64,000 bases of DNA, taken from positions 37,200,001-37,264,000 of the forward strand of contig NC_043004.1 of assembly GCF_006345805.1 (NCBI RefSeq), read 5' to 3'. Numbering within the stretch: the stretch's first letter is position 1; the number at the start of each line of letters is the position of its first letter. Below, one piece after another: positions 33,541 through 48,166 of the stretch. The position numbers and the translations under genes are program-made. The notes under the pieces were generated by a model, which worked only from the letters and a program-made list of their open reading frames with translations, was not told where the DNA came from and did no database searches. This DNA is from Octopus sinensis. Taxonomy: Eukaryota.

Positions 33541-33915
33541 ACTAGATTGTACTGCTAGAAAAGAGGAATTCCTGACATCGGGAAAAAAGTAATTTTAGAT
33601 GCCAAGAACCTTTCTAAGTATCCTACCTCTCCCCTAATAACACTGTTTTCTAGAGTTGTACTTAACTGGATTTTATGCCTATTTCCTCTACCCATCTATT
33701 CAAATTTTAGGGATAGTTCCTAATACACCTATAGCTACAGGGATACATTTTACCCGCACTCTCCATAGTCTCTGTAACTCAATGACTAGGTTCTGGTACT
33801 TTGCTATTTTCTCTATACCTCTCATATTGACTTTCTGATTATTTGGGACTGTAAAGTCAATTATCTGGCACTTATTTTCATTATTTTAGTTTGGTTCATG
33901 TTCGGTCTTATTTCT
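33541..33915 (-). mobile_element. R4/Dong-like non-LTR element, RLE C-terminal fragment, next to a (GTT)n microsatellite
   Basis: Manual translation gives KCQIIDFTVPNNQKVNMRGIEKIAKYQNLVIELQRLW...PVAIGVLGTIP...KTVLLG.GRILRKVL. It is not in the ORF track. Confidence 0.8.
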
Positions 33916-34135
33916 GGTAGGAATTGTGTGGGTAGCACAATTATTATAGGCACTATTTTTACTGTTCTCATGCTCCAAATTCTTCCTATTTTAAATTTTA
34001 ATGGATTTTATTTTTTTTCGTCCTCTTTCTTTACGATCCTGGAATCAAACGAGCATGAGTGTCTTCAACTATAGCCTCGAACCGACCAAAGGCTCGTGAG
34101 TGAATTTGGTAGACGGAAACTGAAAGAAGCCAGTC

Positions 34136-34169
<34 letters not shown>

Positions 34170-34185
34170 TGTGTGTGTGTGTGTG

Positions 34186-34267
<82 letters not shown>

Positions 34268-34269
<2 letters not shown>

Positions 34270-34890
34270 GGGTGTTTCAAAAAAGTTGAAATGTTCAAAT
34301 GACTTCAAATTTTAACAGCATGTGTAGAAACAGGTCAAAATTTTACGTTTAATGTTTGATAAGTTTATCTTTTCAGGTAGAGAAATGGCATTCGCTGGAA
34401 GAGAAAAGGTGTTTTGTGTGTTGGAGTATGCTCGGACACAGTCGAACAAGACTGTGCAGCGTGAATTTCTGGGAGATTTCTCTAAAATGTCACCAACGGC
34501 AATGCAGATTTGGACATGGTACAAAAAATTCAAAGAGAAAGGCTGTCTGTGCAAGGCAAAAGGATCTGGACGGCCTTTAACATCGGAAAAGACGGTCAAG
34601 CGGGTTCGCCAAAGACTCTTACGGAGCCCCAAGAAGTCCATACGAAGAACAAGTCTGGAAACACAGTTTAGCGCGTCCTGAGGAAACGCTTGCTAATGAA
34701 ACCCTACAATCTGCAGCTCGTTCAGGACAATATGGCAGATGACAAGTGAAAGCGCAAACATGGGGCTATGCGAAGGGCCTGGCCTATGTTACCCACTCTT
34801 CCTGCAAAACTAGAGGAACTCGAGCAGAGATTCCCTACCGCACTGGAGACTGTTACCCAAGACATGCTGCAGAGTGTTTGAGAAGAGCTG
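34268..34890 (+). mobile_element. Tc1/mariner (DUF4817-type HTH) internally deleted remnant
   Basis: TIR-like TAGGGTGTTTCAAAAA after (TA)n, and WYKKFKEKGCLCKAKGSGRP...RSPKKSIRRTSLE. Confidence 0.75.
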
Positions 34891-35067
34891 TTTGGATGAT
34901 ATAGTTGTCGGTTTTACACTTCTTTCTATATTCTGTAACTGTCACAGTATAGAAACATTTTTCATGGCACCAGCACACAATTTACGGATGCTTACATTTT
35001 TTATATTTTCCGTGAAGTTTTAACGGGTCCAGCTAGTTCTTCTTCTTCTTCTTATTATTATTATTAT

Positions 35068-35496
35068 TGAGTGAGAGAACAGTGCATGCCATCAAAGTGA
35101 CACTGAGGTACAAATACACGAAGCCCAATATACCCATCATGACTACCCGTCTCATAAGAGTACACCAAGCACATGCATCACAATCATATGTGTACGGCAT
35201 GGTGATCTCATATCAAGATAAGCAACACATGATCTTGCAGGTGAGGCCCAATTAGAATTATCTTAATGTCGAATAACCCATCCCGCTCAAAAAGTCTATG
35301 AACAAGGTTTTTTTAAGAATGAAGAGGTGAATTATTCGAACCCCAAAGAATTCCTCTCAACACATGGCTAGGATGCCCCCGCACATATCGTCTGCCACCA
35401 AGGGCCATGCTCAACTGGTGTCAGTCAAGAAACTGACAAGCAAATCTGTGCTATTAAGCAGAATATTTGCTGTGGCCCATCTTTTATACCAACAAA
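35068..35496 (-). mobile_element. Non-coding interspersed repeat flanked by (ATT)n; paralog at 46774-47305
   Basis: Colinear similarity between the two copies over about 420 bp. Confidence 0.8.
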
Positions 35497-36258
35497 ATTT
35501 TTGCTGATGTTAGTAACAAGCAATAAGCAATAAAAAAGATTTTGATACATAAAATCCCAGAATATCTGAAGGAAGGATTACCGATTTCTATTTCGATATA
35601 GAAACATCGTTTCTATATAACATGATAACACTGAAAATTTGAAATTATTATTTGTTATTGAAAATCGTTATTCTTACTGTTGTTGTTGTATTCGGCGTTG
35701 GGCGATATTAAAATTACTGTATTAATTAATAGCATTAATACTTTTCCTATTAATCAAATTTACAGAATATCATTCTGACTTGTGACACTGTATATGTTCT
35801 AAGTTTAATATTTATGGCACCATTGCACAACACTTTCTTCGCTAAATATCATCATATTATGGAATATTTCTCCTGTGGAAAATTTCTAAGAAATAACTAC
35901 ATATTTTACAAAATAAAATCTTTTTTTTCCCCACATTTTGGCAACCATCGCTCCGTTTAAAATAGTTTATGCTCAATATTCTGTATCAGCTCATAAATAA
36001 ATTACGAGCCTAATTTAAAACTGTCATTTTCCACGGGATATAATATTTTGTTTCTTTTCCAAATTTGAATATGCAAATATATTTATGTTCAATCATGCCT
36101 GCTTTCGAATAATTTTATGACAAAAAGATATTTTACTTTCTCAAACGATGTTTCTATATCGAAATAGAAATCGGTAATCCTTCCTTCAAATATTCTGGGA
36201 TTTTATGTATCAAAATCTTTTTTATTGCTTATTACTTGTTACTAACATCAGCAAAAAT
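35497..36258. repeat. 116 bp near-perfect inverted repeat (35497-35612 and 36143-36258) with a ~530 bp spacer
   Basis: The arms are reverse complements with about 2 mismatches. Confidence 0.92.
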
Positions 36259-36315
36259 ACGCTCATGTGTAGAGAGGATGTGCAACCATTAAATACACTG
36301 TCATTTAATTGTATA

Positions 36316-36682
36316 CTAGCAATACGGACCGGCAACGCCGGGTCATAGTGCTAGTGCATGCATATACAGCTGCGCGCGTGCACACATACACGCGAGTACT
36401 GTCCAAATCTCCGACCAATCACATACAGTTAGCTGGCATTCAATTGGCGTATCAAGTTCCGGGCATTTTGATTGGGTTTTGGATAGAAAATTCACAAAAA
36501 GTCACTTCTTTTGATTTTTTAATGGCTTTGCGGGGTGACTGCGGAAATGTAAAGATGTGCACGACCACCCTTGGACGGTTTTAAATAATCATAAAAAGTG
36601 CGAGCCCTCTAACTGAAAAATTATGGATTTGTATAAAGGATACACACACACACAGACATTTTGCCGTTTATATAGAGAGAGA
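36316..36682 (-). mobile_element. Non-autonomous Helitron with a double-CTAG terminal hairpin
   Basis: ACTAGCAATACGGACCGGCAACGCCGGGTCATAGTGCTAGT at one end and ...TATATAGAGAGAGA|T at the other. Confidence 0.7.
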
Positions 36683-39543
36683 TTTATTGACCCCAGCGTC
36701 ATAAAAACAAGATGGTATTTAAATTCAGAAAGTCATGGGTTAATTAAATGCTACAGATGCTCTACAGATTTAACTATTAAACACTCTAGCTTAATGCAAA
36801 ACAAAGACAATTCATATTGAAAAAGAATCAATGATACTGGCCCCAGTTTGTACTGCAGGTTCATTTATATTTAACCGGAGAAGCATGGGAAACGGGAAAG
36901 AGAATAGAAAATTATAAAATATACAAATATTTCTACCCCTTCTTTTTTGTTGGCTTGGTTTGGGCGAAAGGGTTGTGTTCTTGGGCTTTGAGGGCCTTCC
37001 AGCGAGGTTATGTCATCATGCTTGAGTAAGTAAATAATTTCTGCTCTAAAAACATTAGGTACAACTTTGGGATTTTCATTAGATTTTCTAGAGAAGTGTA
37101 AAATTTAACGATTCTTGACACAAGAAGCAAAGGATAGAGTTAAATATATGCATTTTCGAATTGGTTTTTCACTAAAAGTCGTCATCATTAAAACTACAAA
37201 TAGCTTTGCTAGTCACATGTATCTCAAAAATTTCGACAATAACACATGTGACATAAAACTACAAACCTGGGTATTAGCCTGCGGTTACTTGTTTTACCCT
37301 ATTTCGTATAAGTTTTTAGTTTTGTCCCAAAAAGACGAAGAGTTTGATGATTTTTTCCTTTTTAAATAGAATTAGCAGTTTATTTATAAGGGCCCCTTGT
37401 ATCGATGTCCCTAACCTTTCAAATATGTTCGTGGGGCATGTGCAACTGCACACATATTGCGAATGTGTATGTATTCCTGCATATACATACACACAATAAT
37501 TTAGACACTTACATATAAAAGCGCAAGGGCGTATATACTACAGTAATTTTGTGCGTTTATGTCAACCCCAACTTATCGTATTTTGATAGAAATACAGCAA
37601 AACACACACATTTCAATGCGGGTGTGTGTGTGTGGAACTATTAGATATGTCTTTTTTTTTATTTCAGAAATCTAATATTTCACCTGGTGATAAATTCATC
37701 GATACCTATGCATGTCGAACATCACATTGACTGGTCAATATTTAAGTCCCTACGGTAGTAACAGAGTTTAACTTTTAAAAATTAATCTTGTGATTTCCGT
37801 GAATACGAACTAAATATTACTGTCATCAAGAAGTATAAACATTGCCACAATAGACCTATAAAATCTGTTTTTGGTAAGTGGAAACTATCTTGACACCATA
37901 AAATATGTGGTTACCCCTACACCCTACATAACTCATTAGAGGCGGCCGTCGGTATGTTTCCTTTTTATCTGTGTTTTGCTACTTAATCTGAAAAGTCTTA
38001 AATGAATGATTTTCCTTTGTGTTTTGCAACCAAACAGTTCAAAATACACATTCTTCAAAATCATCACAATAGGTTGATGTTTATAGGTGCAACAGTGTCA
38101 TGTGGAATTTGAGTTTATGTAATCGGAAACAGAGCGCACAGTATTGTTTTGTCACTGAGTGGGATTGTTTCGTAAGTTACCTTTGCCTGGTTAAACACCA
38201 ATGGCCACTTCAGTCACAGATACAGTCAAGGTTTACCTTCTTTTGTACTGAGAACAAGCAGATACAATCACGGCCAGTCTTTCTTTTAGTTTTTTTTCTT
38301 TCAAATTATGTATAAGTTTCAACTCTTAATGTTTGGGAGCCAATTCTTGATCATGGTTTAAAAGGAATGATTTTTCTTACGGGAAAAATTACTAAGAGTA
38401 TGGGGTGGGGTGGGGGTCTTACAACTATTCTTAATATCTTTAACTTTTCTTTCCTTTCCTTTTAATCAAGATGTCTTAGCCGTCTTTTAGAAAACTGGCG
38501 TTTTCAAGATTTTCTCCCAAACCTTTTGGTAAGGAAATAAATGTTACCTCCTCCAATGAAATTTTAGGTGGTCACACGTCGAGGAGACATGAGGTCACTG
38601 CATTGTCCTGCATCGTGTGCAACCGCATCAAATAAATTGTTTTTCCTTTGTCAGATATTCGTTGAAAATAGTATTTTTCTGGTAACAAATTAGACTGCTT
38701 AGTTCATCAATTAAAACCTTTAATTACTTTGTCTTGTATCTTGAGACAGGATGTTGATACATCCCAATGTGGTTTAACTTTATCTAACGCAACAGCCATC
38801 CCACAGACAAATTTAATTTTATTATTGTTTAAACTCCTATCTAATAAAAGGGAAGTAAATATTTCAAAATAAAATTTCAGCTCTTTTTCTTCTAAAGCCA
38901 ATGTCTGTTAAAAAAAATTCCTCAACATCGTCTGCTGGATTATATTTTATTCAATACATGGCTTATAAATTTTAAGGTAACAAATTTAGAATTTTAAATT
39001 TTAACGACCTTTGAAAACGTTGCAAGACGCAACGAAAAGTTTAGAAAAATAAATAAGTAAATGAGTGGAAACTTTATCGTTGTGTTAAATAATAAGGCAC
39101 TAAAAGAGAATCACTCTCCCCAGACATAACAAAATTTTAAATTAAGTTGCTTCTAATTAATAGCTATCGAATACTTGAAAAAAGAAATTATAATAATACA
39201 AATAACATAAGTGGATATTTATTTTTTAAATGCAAAACAATATACCATATTCAATAAAGTAGAATTTTCCGTCGCGAACTTGGACAGGTTATTCTTGAAA
39301 ACTTTATGAATATTCTATAATACATTAAAAAAATATAGTTATATAGCAATGATTTTTTTTTCTCTCAAAACTTTGATCCCGTGCTGTAGGGGGCCAATAT
39401 ATAGATATTTGATCTGCAGAGGTTTCAAGTGATTTATCACATGAAAAGTAAGGAAACTGAAATTTCAAAAACATGGTACACCGCTGTTACTATCTATCAA
39501 TGGCAGTACGAGCGCGTTTGTGTATGCGCGCGCGAATAATTAC

Positions 39544-39574
<31 letters not shown>

Positions 39575-39720
39575 CACACACATGCAAATATATAAAAAGA
39601 TATAGACAGACAGATAGATAGACAGACAGATAGACAGACAGACAGACAGACAACCAAATAGATATAGGTATGAATATATATAAGTGTGATTGTGTTTGTG
39701 CGTATGTTTGTATTTATGTA

Positions 39721-39763
<43 letters not shown>

Positions 39764-40158
39764 TCTGATCAAAGCAGACCCACACACAGACAGTTAGTAG
39801 CAAGAGATGTCAGCTGATGTGTCTATCTATTGCTAAGATGGATGTGTGTTACATTTCCTTTGATGGTGGTAGTTCTTAATAATGTGTTGTTGCCTGACCT
39901 AACAGACCAATCGTCAAGGTCTTTCACGAGAAACTAGAAATAGTAGCCATATTTCTTTCAGCCTATACCATACCGTCTTTGGATGCTCTGAATAATGTAG
40001 TTCTTGGGTTCCTGCACATGGAAAAAACAGGATGGTCGCGGATGGACCCCCATCTTTCTCCTTATTTTATTCCGCCCCCCGCACTCTCAAATATGGCATC
40101 AAGTATAAATTTTATATGAACATAATTATATATCTACATGTGTGTATGTATATATATA

Positions 40159-40196
<38 letters not shown>

Positions 40197-42952
40197 AGTG
40201 AATGGAAGAAATGGAGTTGAACGAAGATTGTACAGAATTCACTTTTTCTGCTGTGATTTTTGCTACCCAGGTATCGGTTAAACTTTTGAGTAATCTGTAA
40301 CAAGAAAATTCATCTTTCTATTTCAACAAATATATATATATATATTTGTATGAATCTATATGCTTATATTGAGTGAATATGTGGCTCAAAAGACGTAACT
40401 TCGCTACCTTCACACACACACACACACTCCCACACATACACATAGACACCTACACACACGTGTGTATATATGTACGTGTGTGGGCACGCAGGTAAGTATA
40501 TGTGTATGTGTACATGTGTGCACGTATGTATGTCATTCTTCAGTTTTAAAGAGCCGGTTTCTAATCTAGATCCAAGGATCCTTCATTACAAATTTAACAT
40601 CAACAGGGTATGTATGTATGTATGTATGTATTACGATTTGCACAGATTAAAATTTCTGATTTAGATTGTTGGTTATAGCCATTTGCGTCCGTACAAGCTG
40701 AAAAACCCTATGGATAAACAATTAACAAAATATTTGAATTTTGCCTTTTTCAAAGATGGACTCATAAACAGAAAAAATGTTAGGAAAATTGGAGATTTTG
40801 TTCAGTAGAAAAAAGTACTTAAGCTTAACATTTTTTTTTTTTTTTTATAAGAATCACAAAATACGGAATTAATATTTTTTTTTTATTTCACTTTTCTACT
40901 TAAATCCCATTATTCTCTCTTCATCAATGAATGGCCTATGTAAATAGTTTGAGGTATTTACATATAAGCTGTGAAACAGAAACAAAACACTAAATCATTC
41001 TAGAAATATAAATAGTCTCACCCGCTATTTCTTCTCGGCTTTACTAACGCTTGTTCTCATAAGGTTCCAAAAGGTTTTGTTCGCTTCTCTGTGACCTCTT
41101 TAATTCCAAATACCTTGTGTGTATAATTACTGAGTGTAAAGTAATTAAACACACATTCTGTAAAATATAACGTTCTAAACAACCGTTTTTTATAATAATT
41201 CATGAAACCAATGGATAACATACTGTTACATAATTGATATTTTACGTGAATTAGATCAACAGACAAATTTACGAGTGATACGGTTTTGTTGATATCCTTC
41301 AGTCGAAGGGTCTATAGTTAGTTCCTCGGTGAATTTGGCTTCAAACCGTTACCAAAGACTAGCAGAGCTTATTGTTTTAATCAATACTTAAAATTCGAAG
41401 AGGTTTTCGTCATGTGCCTTCAAAGAGTGTTTGCTGGGACAAATTCTTTCGGGAAACTGTACACACAAGATGAAACCATCTAAAATAATTTTTATTTAAA
41501 CATTAGTTTTTTATGGATTAACTAATTATCATATGGCATATTACATTGATTATTTTAATTACATATCGGAATATTAAAAATAGTTATTTAAAATTCCTCT
41601 ACTAACAAAACTCTCTATGGCAATATTGCTTATTATAAGATACCATTGTCTACTGTCTCCAACGAAATATATCAATATATTTTCATACTTGCGAATATTT
41701 GTCAGATAGACAAGTAAAGTTGTGTTACTCTAATTTTAATGGCCTTTAAATTAGCTTAATCAGATGTAAGCCGGAATATTTTTCTCTTCTTTCAATGACT
41801 TACAATAAATCAACAACTAGAGGATCAGAGCTCATTACAGGCTGCAGTTTATTAGAAGAAGAGCTTTCAGCTGTTAAATATTGCAATAACTTGTAAATTA
41901 ATCAACATTGTTTAGCTTAAGAAAAATAAAACAGTAATTTATCAAATTAATTTAAATGTCATTTACTTGGAGTGAAAGATGCAGGTCAGTTACGTCTACA
42001 ATGGAAAACGATGAAAAAAAATATTAGTTTCCATTCAAAACTGTTTCAAGTCGTATTTCCACAGGAAACAGTATAATCTTAATTAGCAACTATAATAACA
42101 CTATAAAACCCAGACGCCTCTAATTGGAGAAAGTAGTTTTTCGTAATTCCTGGTTCGTATAGGCAATTGACATTAACACAGGTCTCTGTGAAAAAGAACT
42201 ATTAAGGAGACGTTGTTAGATGCGAGAACAAATGAGAATTTAAGAAACAACTCGGGAAGTATTTGTTAAGTTGTATTGGAACAGACGAATCACATTTAAG
42301 TTAAAATTTGATCGAACGTTTTCTTGACTCACGTGTTCTCTATAACCTCACATTCTTTTGAAGAGACACGGTCACATATTCTACAGTGTAAAATATTGTC
42401 AGTTTGAATGTCTTTAAAAAATCTCGGTAGTTCAAAGAAGTTTTGATAGTAATTGATTTCGTCAGGTGTTCAATTTCCATTTGTTTATATAGGGCAGCCA
42501 TAAATGGAAGCAATAGTCCTGGTATTTGAACTCAACAACAAGAATATATATTTTACAGTGACATTATGATAACTCATACTGGCTCTTTTGAATATTCCGA
42601 TGCATATTTATTTCATTGAGCAACATTAGTTTTGTTTTAAATGTGCTTTTCATTTTACAATTTCATCCACAATAATCCCTAGATTTCTAAAATTGATGCC
42701 CTGGGACATTTACGAATCCGTGACATTATAAGTTTTACAATCATTAATTTTCATTTTGTTCTGTATTGTGTTTAGAGAGTTTCTCATTTAGCCCTGTGTA
42801 GGATTTTAAGAGCGATATTTTTCGTAGGAATGCTCATAAAAAAGTATAAATTTATACATTCTGTGTATTTTCCTTCTTTTTATTTCATTTATTTTTAACA
42901 ACTCGCCACGAAGATTTTCAGTGTGTGTGTGTGTGCATATATATATATATAT

Positions 42953-43325
42953 ACTCTTTTACTTGTTTCAGTCATTTGACTGCGACCATGCTGGAGCACC
43001 GCCTTTAGTCGAGCAAATCGACCCCGGGACATATTCTTTGTAAGCCCAGTACTTATTCTATCGGTCTCTTTTGCCGAACCGCTAGGTAACGGGGACGTAA
43101 ACACACCAGCATCGGTTGTCAAGCAATGCTAGAGGGACAAACACAGACACACAAACATATGCATACACATACATATATATATATATACATATATACGACA
43201 GGCTTCTTTCAGTTTCCGTCTACCAAATCCACTCACAAGGCATTGGTCGGCCCGAGGCTATAGCAGAAGACACTTGCCCAAGATGCCACGCAGTGGGACT
43301 GAACCCAGAACCATGTGGTTGGTAG
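42953..43325 (-). mobile_element. SINE family 2, near full length
   Basis: B box-like GGTTCAGTCCC, an internal (TA/TG)n tract, and the tail GGCGGTGCTCCAGCATGGTCGCAGTCAAATGACTGAAACAAGTAAAAG. Confidence 0.9.
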
Positions 43326-43574
43326 GCAATAATATGTGTATACAAAAGAAAATGGATTAAATTTCTAGGTGAATACTTTAAAAGCTCTATGTAGGGATCA
43401 AACTTAACTGAATTGTCCAGTGAAAGCATTTGCAATCCACTTAGACCGTAAAATTACTTTCAACCGCCAGGCCTATTCGTAAATCCGAAGTTTAATCACC
43501 GAATAAATTTACTCTAAAATTCAGCTAACGCACGTTTTGAATAGATTGGCAAATTTCAAAATTTTGTGGTGCAC

Positions 43575-44600
43575 AGTAATCAGCTATATCAATCGATTCT
43601 ACATTTGATCGATTAAGATTCTAAAGAAATTTAACACCACTCTATCTTTACCAAAGCCATACCACGCTGCTTGGAAGAAAGAAAAATTTTTTAGGGAGCG
43701 ATAGGAATAAAAATAACAATATTTGACCCGTGCAAGGGTTAGGGAGGTATTTCAGCAAGACCTTAAAAATTATATTTATCAGATAATACTAGAATTGTAA
43801 TATGAGTGTTTATGGCAAAATTCCTGCTTCATTTAAACTATTATTAACCAATTTGAAATCACAGAGGAGGGATATAGAAACAAGCTATTCAGTGGATAAT
43901 TATTTAAGCCACGATGGAAATATAATTTGAACAGTATTAATTATAAATATAAACAATGAATAGAAGACAGCTTGAGTTAATGAGAATTATAAGATAAATT
44001 AAGATAAAAAATAATGTTGAAAAATAAATTAAAAAGAATTTTTTTTAAATAGAACGATATAAAGAATAAATTAAAAAATATTGAGGACTTTTTATTTGAA
44101 GCAGAACATCTTCCATAGTGAGTAATTTATTAGCTATTTTCCTTTTAGAATTTTCGTTAACTCAAGCTGTGTCCTTCCACCCATAGTATATATTCAGAAT
44201 TAATTCTGGTCAAATGACATTTCCATCGTGAACTAAATAATTATCTATTATACTGTTTAGTGCTACACACCTCTATGTATTTGAACTGGTCAGTGATATT
44301 TTAAATGAGGTAGAAATTTTACCATCAACATTCTTCAAGTTGACGGGCGGTATTGAATGAAATTATTATATTATTGTAAATTTAGTATTAACTGATAATT
44401 ACAATTCTTCTGAAGGTCTGCTGAAATACCTCTCTAACCCTTACACTGGTCAAATATTATTAGCAATAATCTGATCTCTCTCCTTTTAAAATGTTCTTTC
44501 TTCCAAGCAGCATGGTATGGCTTTGGTAAGGATAGTGATGCTAAATCTCTGTAGAATCTTATTCGATCAAATATGGGATTAATTAATATGAATGACAACT
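43575..44600. repeat. Old ~430 bp-arm inverted repeat (foldback) with a ~130 bp spacer
   Basis: For example TTTACCAAAGCCATACCACGCTGCTTGGAAGAAAGAA pairs with TTCTTTCTTCCAAGCAGCATGGTATGGCTTTGGTAAG, and CAGCTTGAGTTAA pairs with TTAACTCAAGCTG. Confidence 0.85.
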
Positions 44601-45492
44601 GCCTCGCAATAAATAAATAAATAAATATAATATGGTTTCTGTATATGTCACCTTAGTGTCGTGTACTAATACAGTATGATATAGTGTACCATGGAACGGG
44701 GAAGACACCAACTGCTTCTGCTTGATGTATTTTCAAATACTCTGCCAACAACAGTAACCAATCCAAAACAATTCTCAACGAACTATAACAACTTCTCAAC
44801 AATTACCACCAACTCTATAAACTCACGGATGACATCTTTCGACTTCCTGCGAATTTCTCATCTTTTGCTCTCTGTCAAACACGATGCTACTTGTACGAGT
44901 TCGATTAGTCCATTCTCATGGGGGTGTCATGATCCTCGCCATAACATATATCTATATCTATCTATATATATATATATACACATAAATAAAATATATGCAT
45001 ACATGTGTGTATGTGTGTGTGAATGTATATGCGTAATAGGCAGGTACGTACAAACATTGATAAATTGTATGATTACTTATTTCCCTGTTGACAAATATGA
45101 TACATTACTCTCTCGCTAAGTTTTCCTCTGTGTCAGTGAATCATGTCAATGATGAAGGCCACAACTGATGCAAAGATTCTCAACCTGTTTTACGACTGTC
45201 TCCAATGCATGTAGGTCTTTTTTATAAAAAAAAATACATTTGATATCTTAGCCTGACAGATTTCATAATGAATGGTCGGAATTGCGATAGCTTGACACAC
45301 AAAGGATACGGAAGCCGATTCCGTTATTATTTTTAACACGACATTCGGCACTTTTTGAAAGATCTCTAGCAATTCGTTTTGTTCTTATTACGACACACAT
45401 GCACACATCACATACACACACACGCATGCACATAAACATATGCATGCATACATACACCTATATAAATGTACACACACACACACACACACATA

Positions 45493-45549
<57 letters not shown>

Positions 45550-46773
45550 TAGAGATGTCATTCAGAAACATTTATTCGGTTTATTTACGAGCGTATATAC
45601 AGAGAAAGATAAAGCGAAATTTATATATGATGCAATTTTCTGTGATATATCATATTGAGAAACATGGAATATAACCTTTTAGTTTTAATTTACTGGAAGA
45701 AAAATTAGAAAAGGAGATAGATGACAACTTTATTAGAATATATCTAAAAGTTATGATTAGAAACACTGTCTAACTGGAAGTAAGATATATGTTTGGCTTG
45801 TAGTTTTAATTTTCTTCTTTTGATTCTATAAATAATTCTGTCACTTCATGAGTCGATCCTATTCTCTTAACCTTGCCGAATTCGGCGTCGATAATATAAC
45901 ATTGGTCGGGGAAATGGACAGTGTCTCAAAAAGATCATATTCGGAACTACGTGTTTCTGTCTCTATATTCTAATGACAGAATTGCCAATAATTAATTTAC
46001 TGGTTCTTAGTTTTTTATTGTTTTACTCGGCACAAAGATCCTAGATTTATATGGAAAGTAACAAAGTTAATTTCCCAAAATGCAAAATTCTTTTCTTCAC
46101 CGAAATCAAATAGTTCCGAATGAGAACTGAAATGAAATTCAATATTGATAAATATTTTAATAAATATCCTACAATTACCAATTTAATTATGATTAATTGA
46201 ATTCGTTAAATATATAACTTATACTGTATTTATTCAATAAAACCCTGGAAAGATGAACGAAACAGACAAGTTTAGTATGATTTAAGCTCAAATTGATAAT
46301 CTCTCTTTTACTCGTTTCAGTCATGCAGTTGCGGCCATGCAGGAGCCTCACCGTGTCTATCTATTGATTTCATTAATAAAACTTTATCACCAAATTGTTA
46401 TTATGTTGCTTTCCGTGTGTCTGATGCCTTAAAATCTCTGTTATTTTGTTGCTGTATTCTTTGATTTCAGTTTTCATTCTATAGGAGAAGTCTACCTGGA
46501 GGCGCTGTCGTTATTTCCAGTTGCTTAACTCGTTGGCCTTGTGTTCTGTTCCACTTGGTTTCACATTCCTCTGCCTCCTCCTCCACTATTTCCGCTTCAA
46601 TTAACATCTTTGAATGTTTACCTTGTTTTCAGTTCCGACAGGTTTTCTTAATTAATTTGAATTAATTTAATTTAACTTTTTAATGAATTAGATGCTATTA
46701 CGTCTGCAACGTGATGACAAGAAAAAATGTTTCCCCATTTCGAAATAGCATATAATTATGTTGTATTTAGTCT

Positions 46774-47305
46774 GTGCATGCCATCAAAGTGACACTTGGG
46801 TACAAATATACGAAGCCCAATATACCCATCATGACTACCCACCTGATAAGTGTACATCAGGCACATGCATCACAACCATATGTATGTGATATGGTGATCT
46901 CATGTCATAATAAACAGCGCATGACCTTGCAGGTAGTACCCAATTAGAATTTTCTTCAGTTCGAGTAGCCCATCCTGCTCAAAAGGTCCCTAAATAAGGT
47001 TTGTTTTAAGGGTGAACAAAACATTTGTGTTTCCACCGGTGAATCATTGAAACCTAAAAAAATTTCTCTCAATACATGGCAATGTTGCTCCACAACTACT
47101 TCTGCTCGTGATCAGAGATGCACATATCGTCAGCCACCAAGAGACATGCGCAAGTGGCTATGGTCAAACAACTGACAAGCAAATCTGTGGTATTGAGCAG
47201 GTAGCCCATCTTTTCTACCAAGACAAAACAATGTACATGATAACACTTCCAATCACTTAAGATCAGAAGCCATGAGAGCCATTGCCTGGTACTGCATCGA
47301 GGCAA
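46774..47305 (-). mobile_element. Non-coding interspersed repeat abutting (ACT)n(ATT)n; paralog of 35068-35496
   Basis: Sequence similarity to the 35 kb copy, with a microsatellite flank at 47306-47344. Confidence 0.8.
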
Positions 47306-47439
47306 TTATAACTACTACTACTACTACTATTATTATTATTATTACATGAAAAGCTATAGCTTATTTTGATGGGTCCACAGTCAGCAGACTAAGGTGAATT
47401 TCAAACAACGAGGGGATAGGCGCGGTTGATCGCTCAGAT

Positions 47440-48166
<727 letters not shown>

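Noticed and set aside
37650-37760. Possible exon after a polypyrimidine tract and TTTCAG (a similar acceptor at 59655-59670)
   Set aside because: All three frames hit stops at the 37.7 kb site, and such motifs are common by chance in AT-rich DNA.
38400-39480. Possible decayed DNA-transposon coding remnant on the minus strand
   Set aside because: No diagnostic catalytic motif or termini could be identified by eye.
47250-47305. Short resemblance to U2 snRNA (TAAGATCA, CCTGGTACTGCA)
   Set aside because: The matches are too short and wrongly spaced, and there is no branch-point recognition sequence or Sm site.
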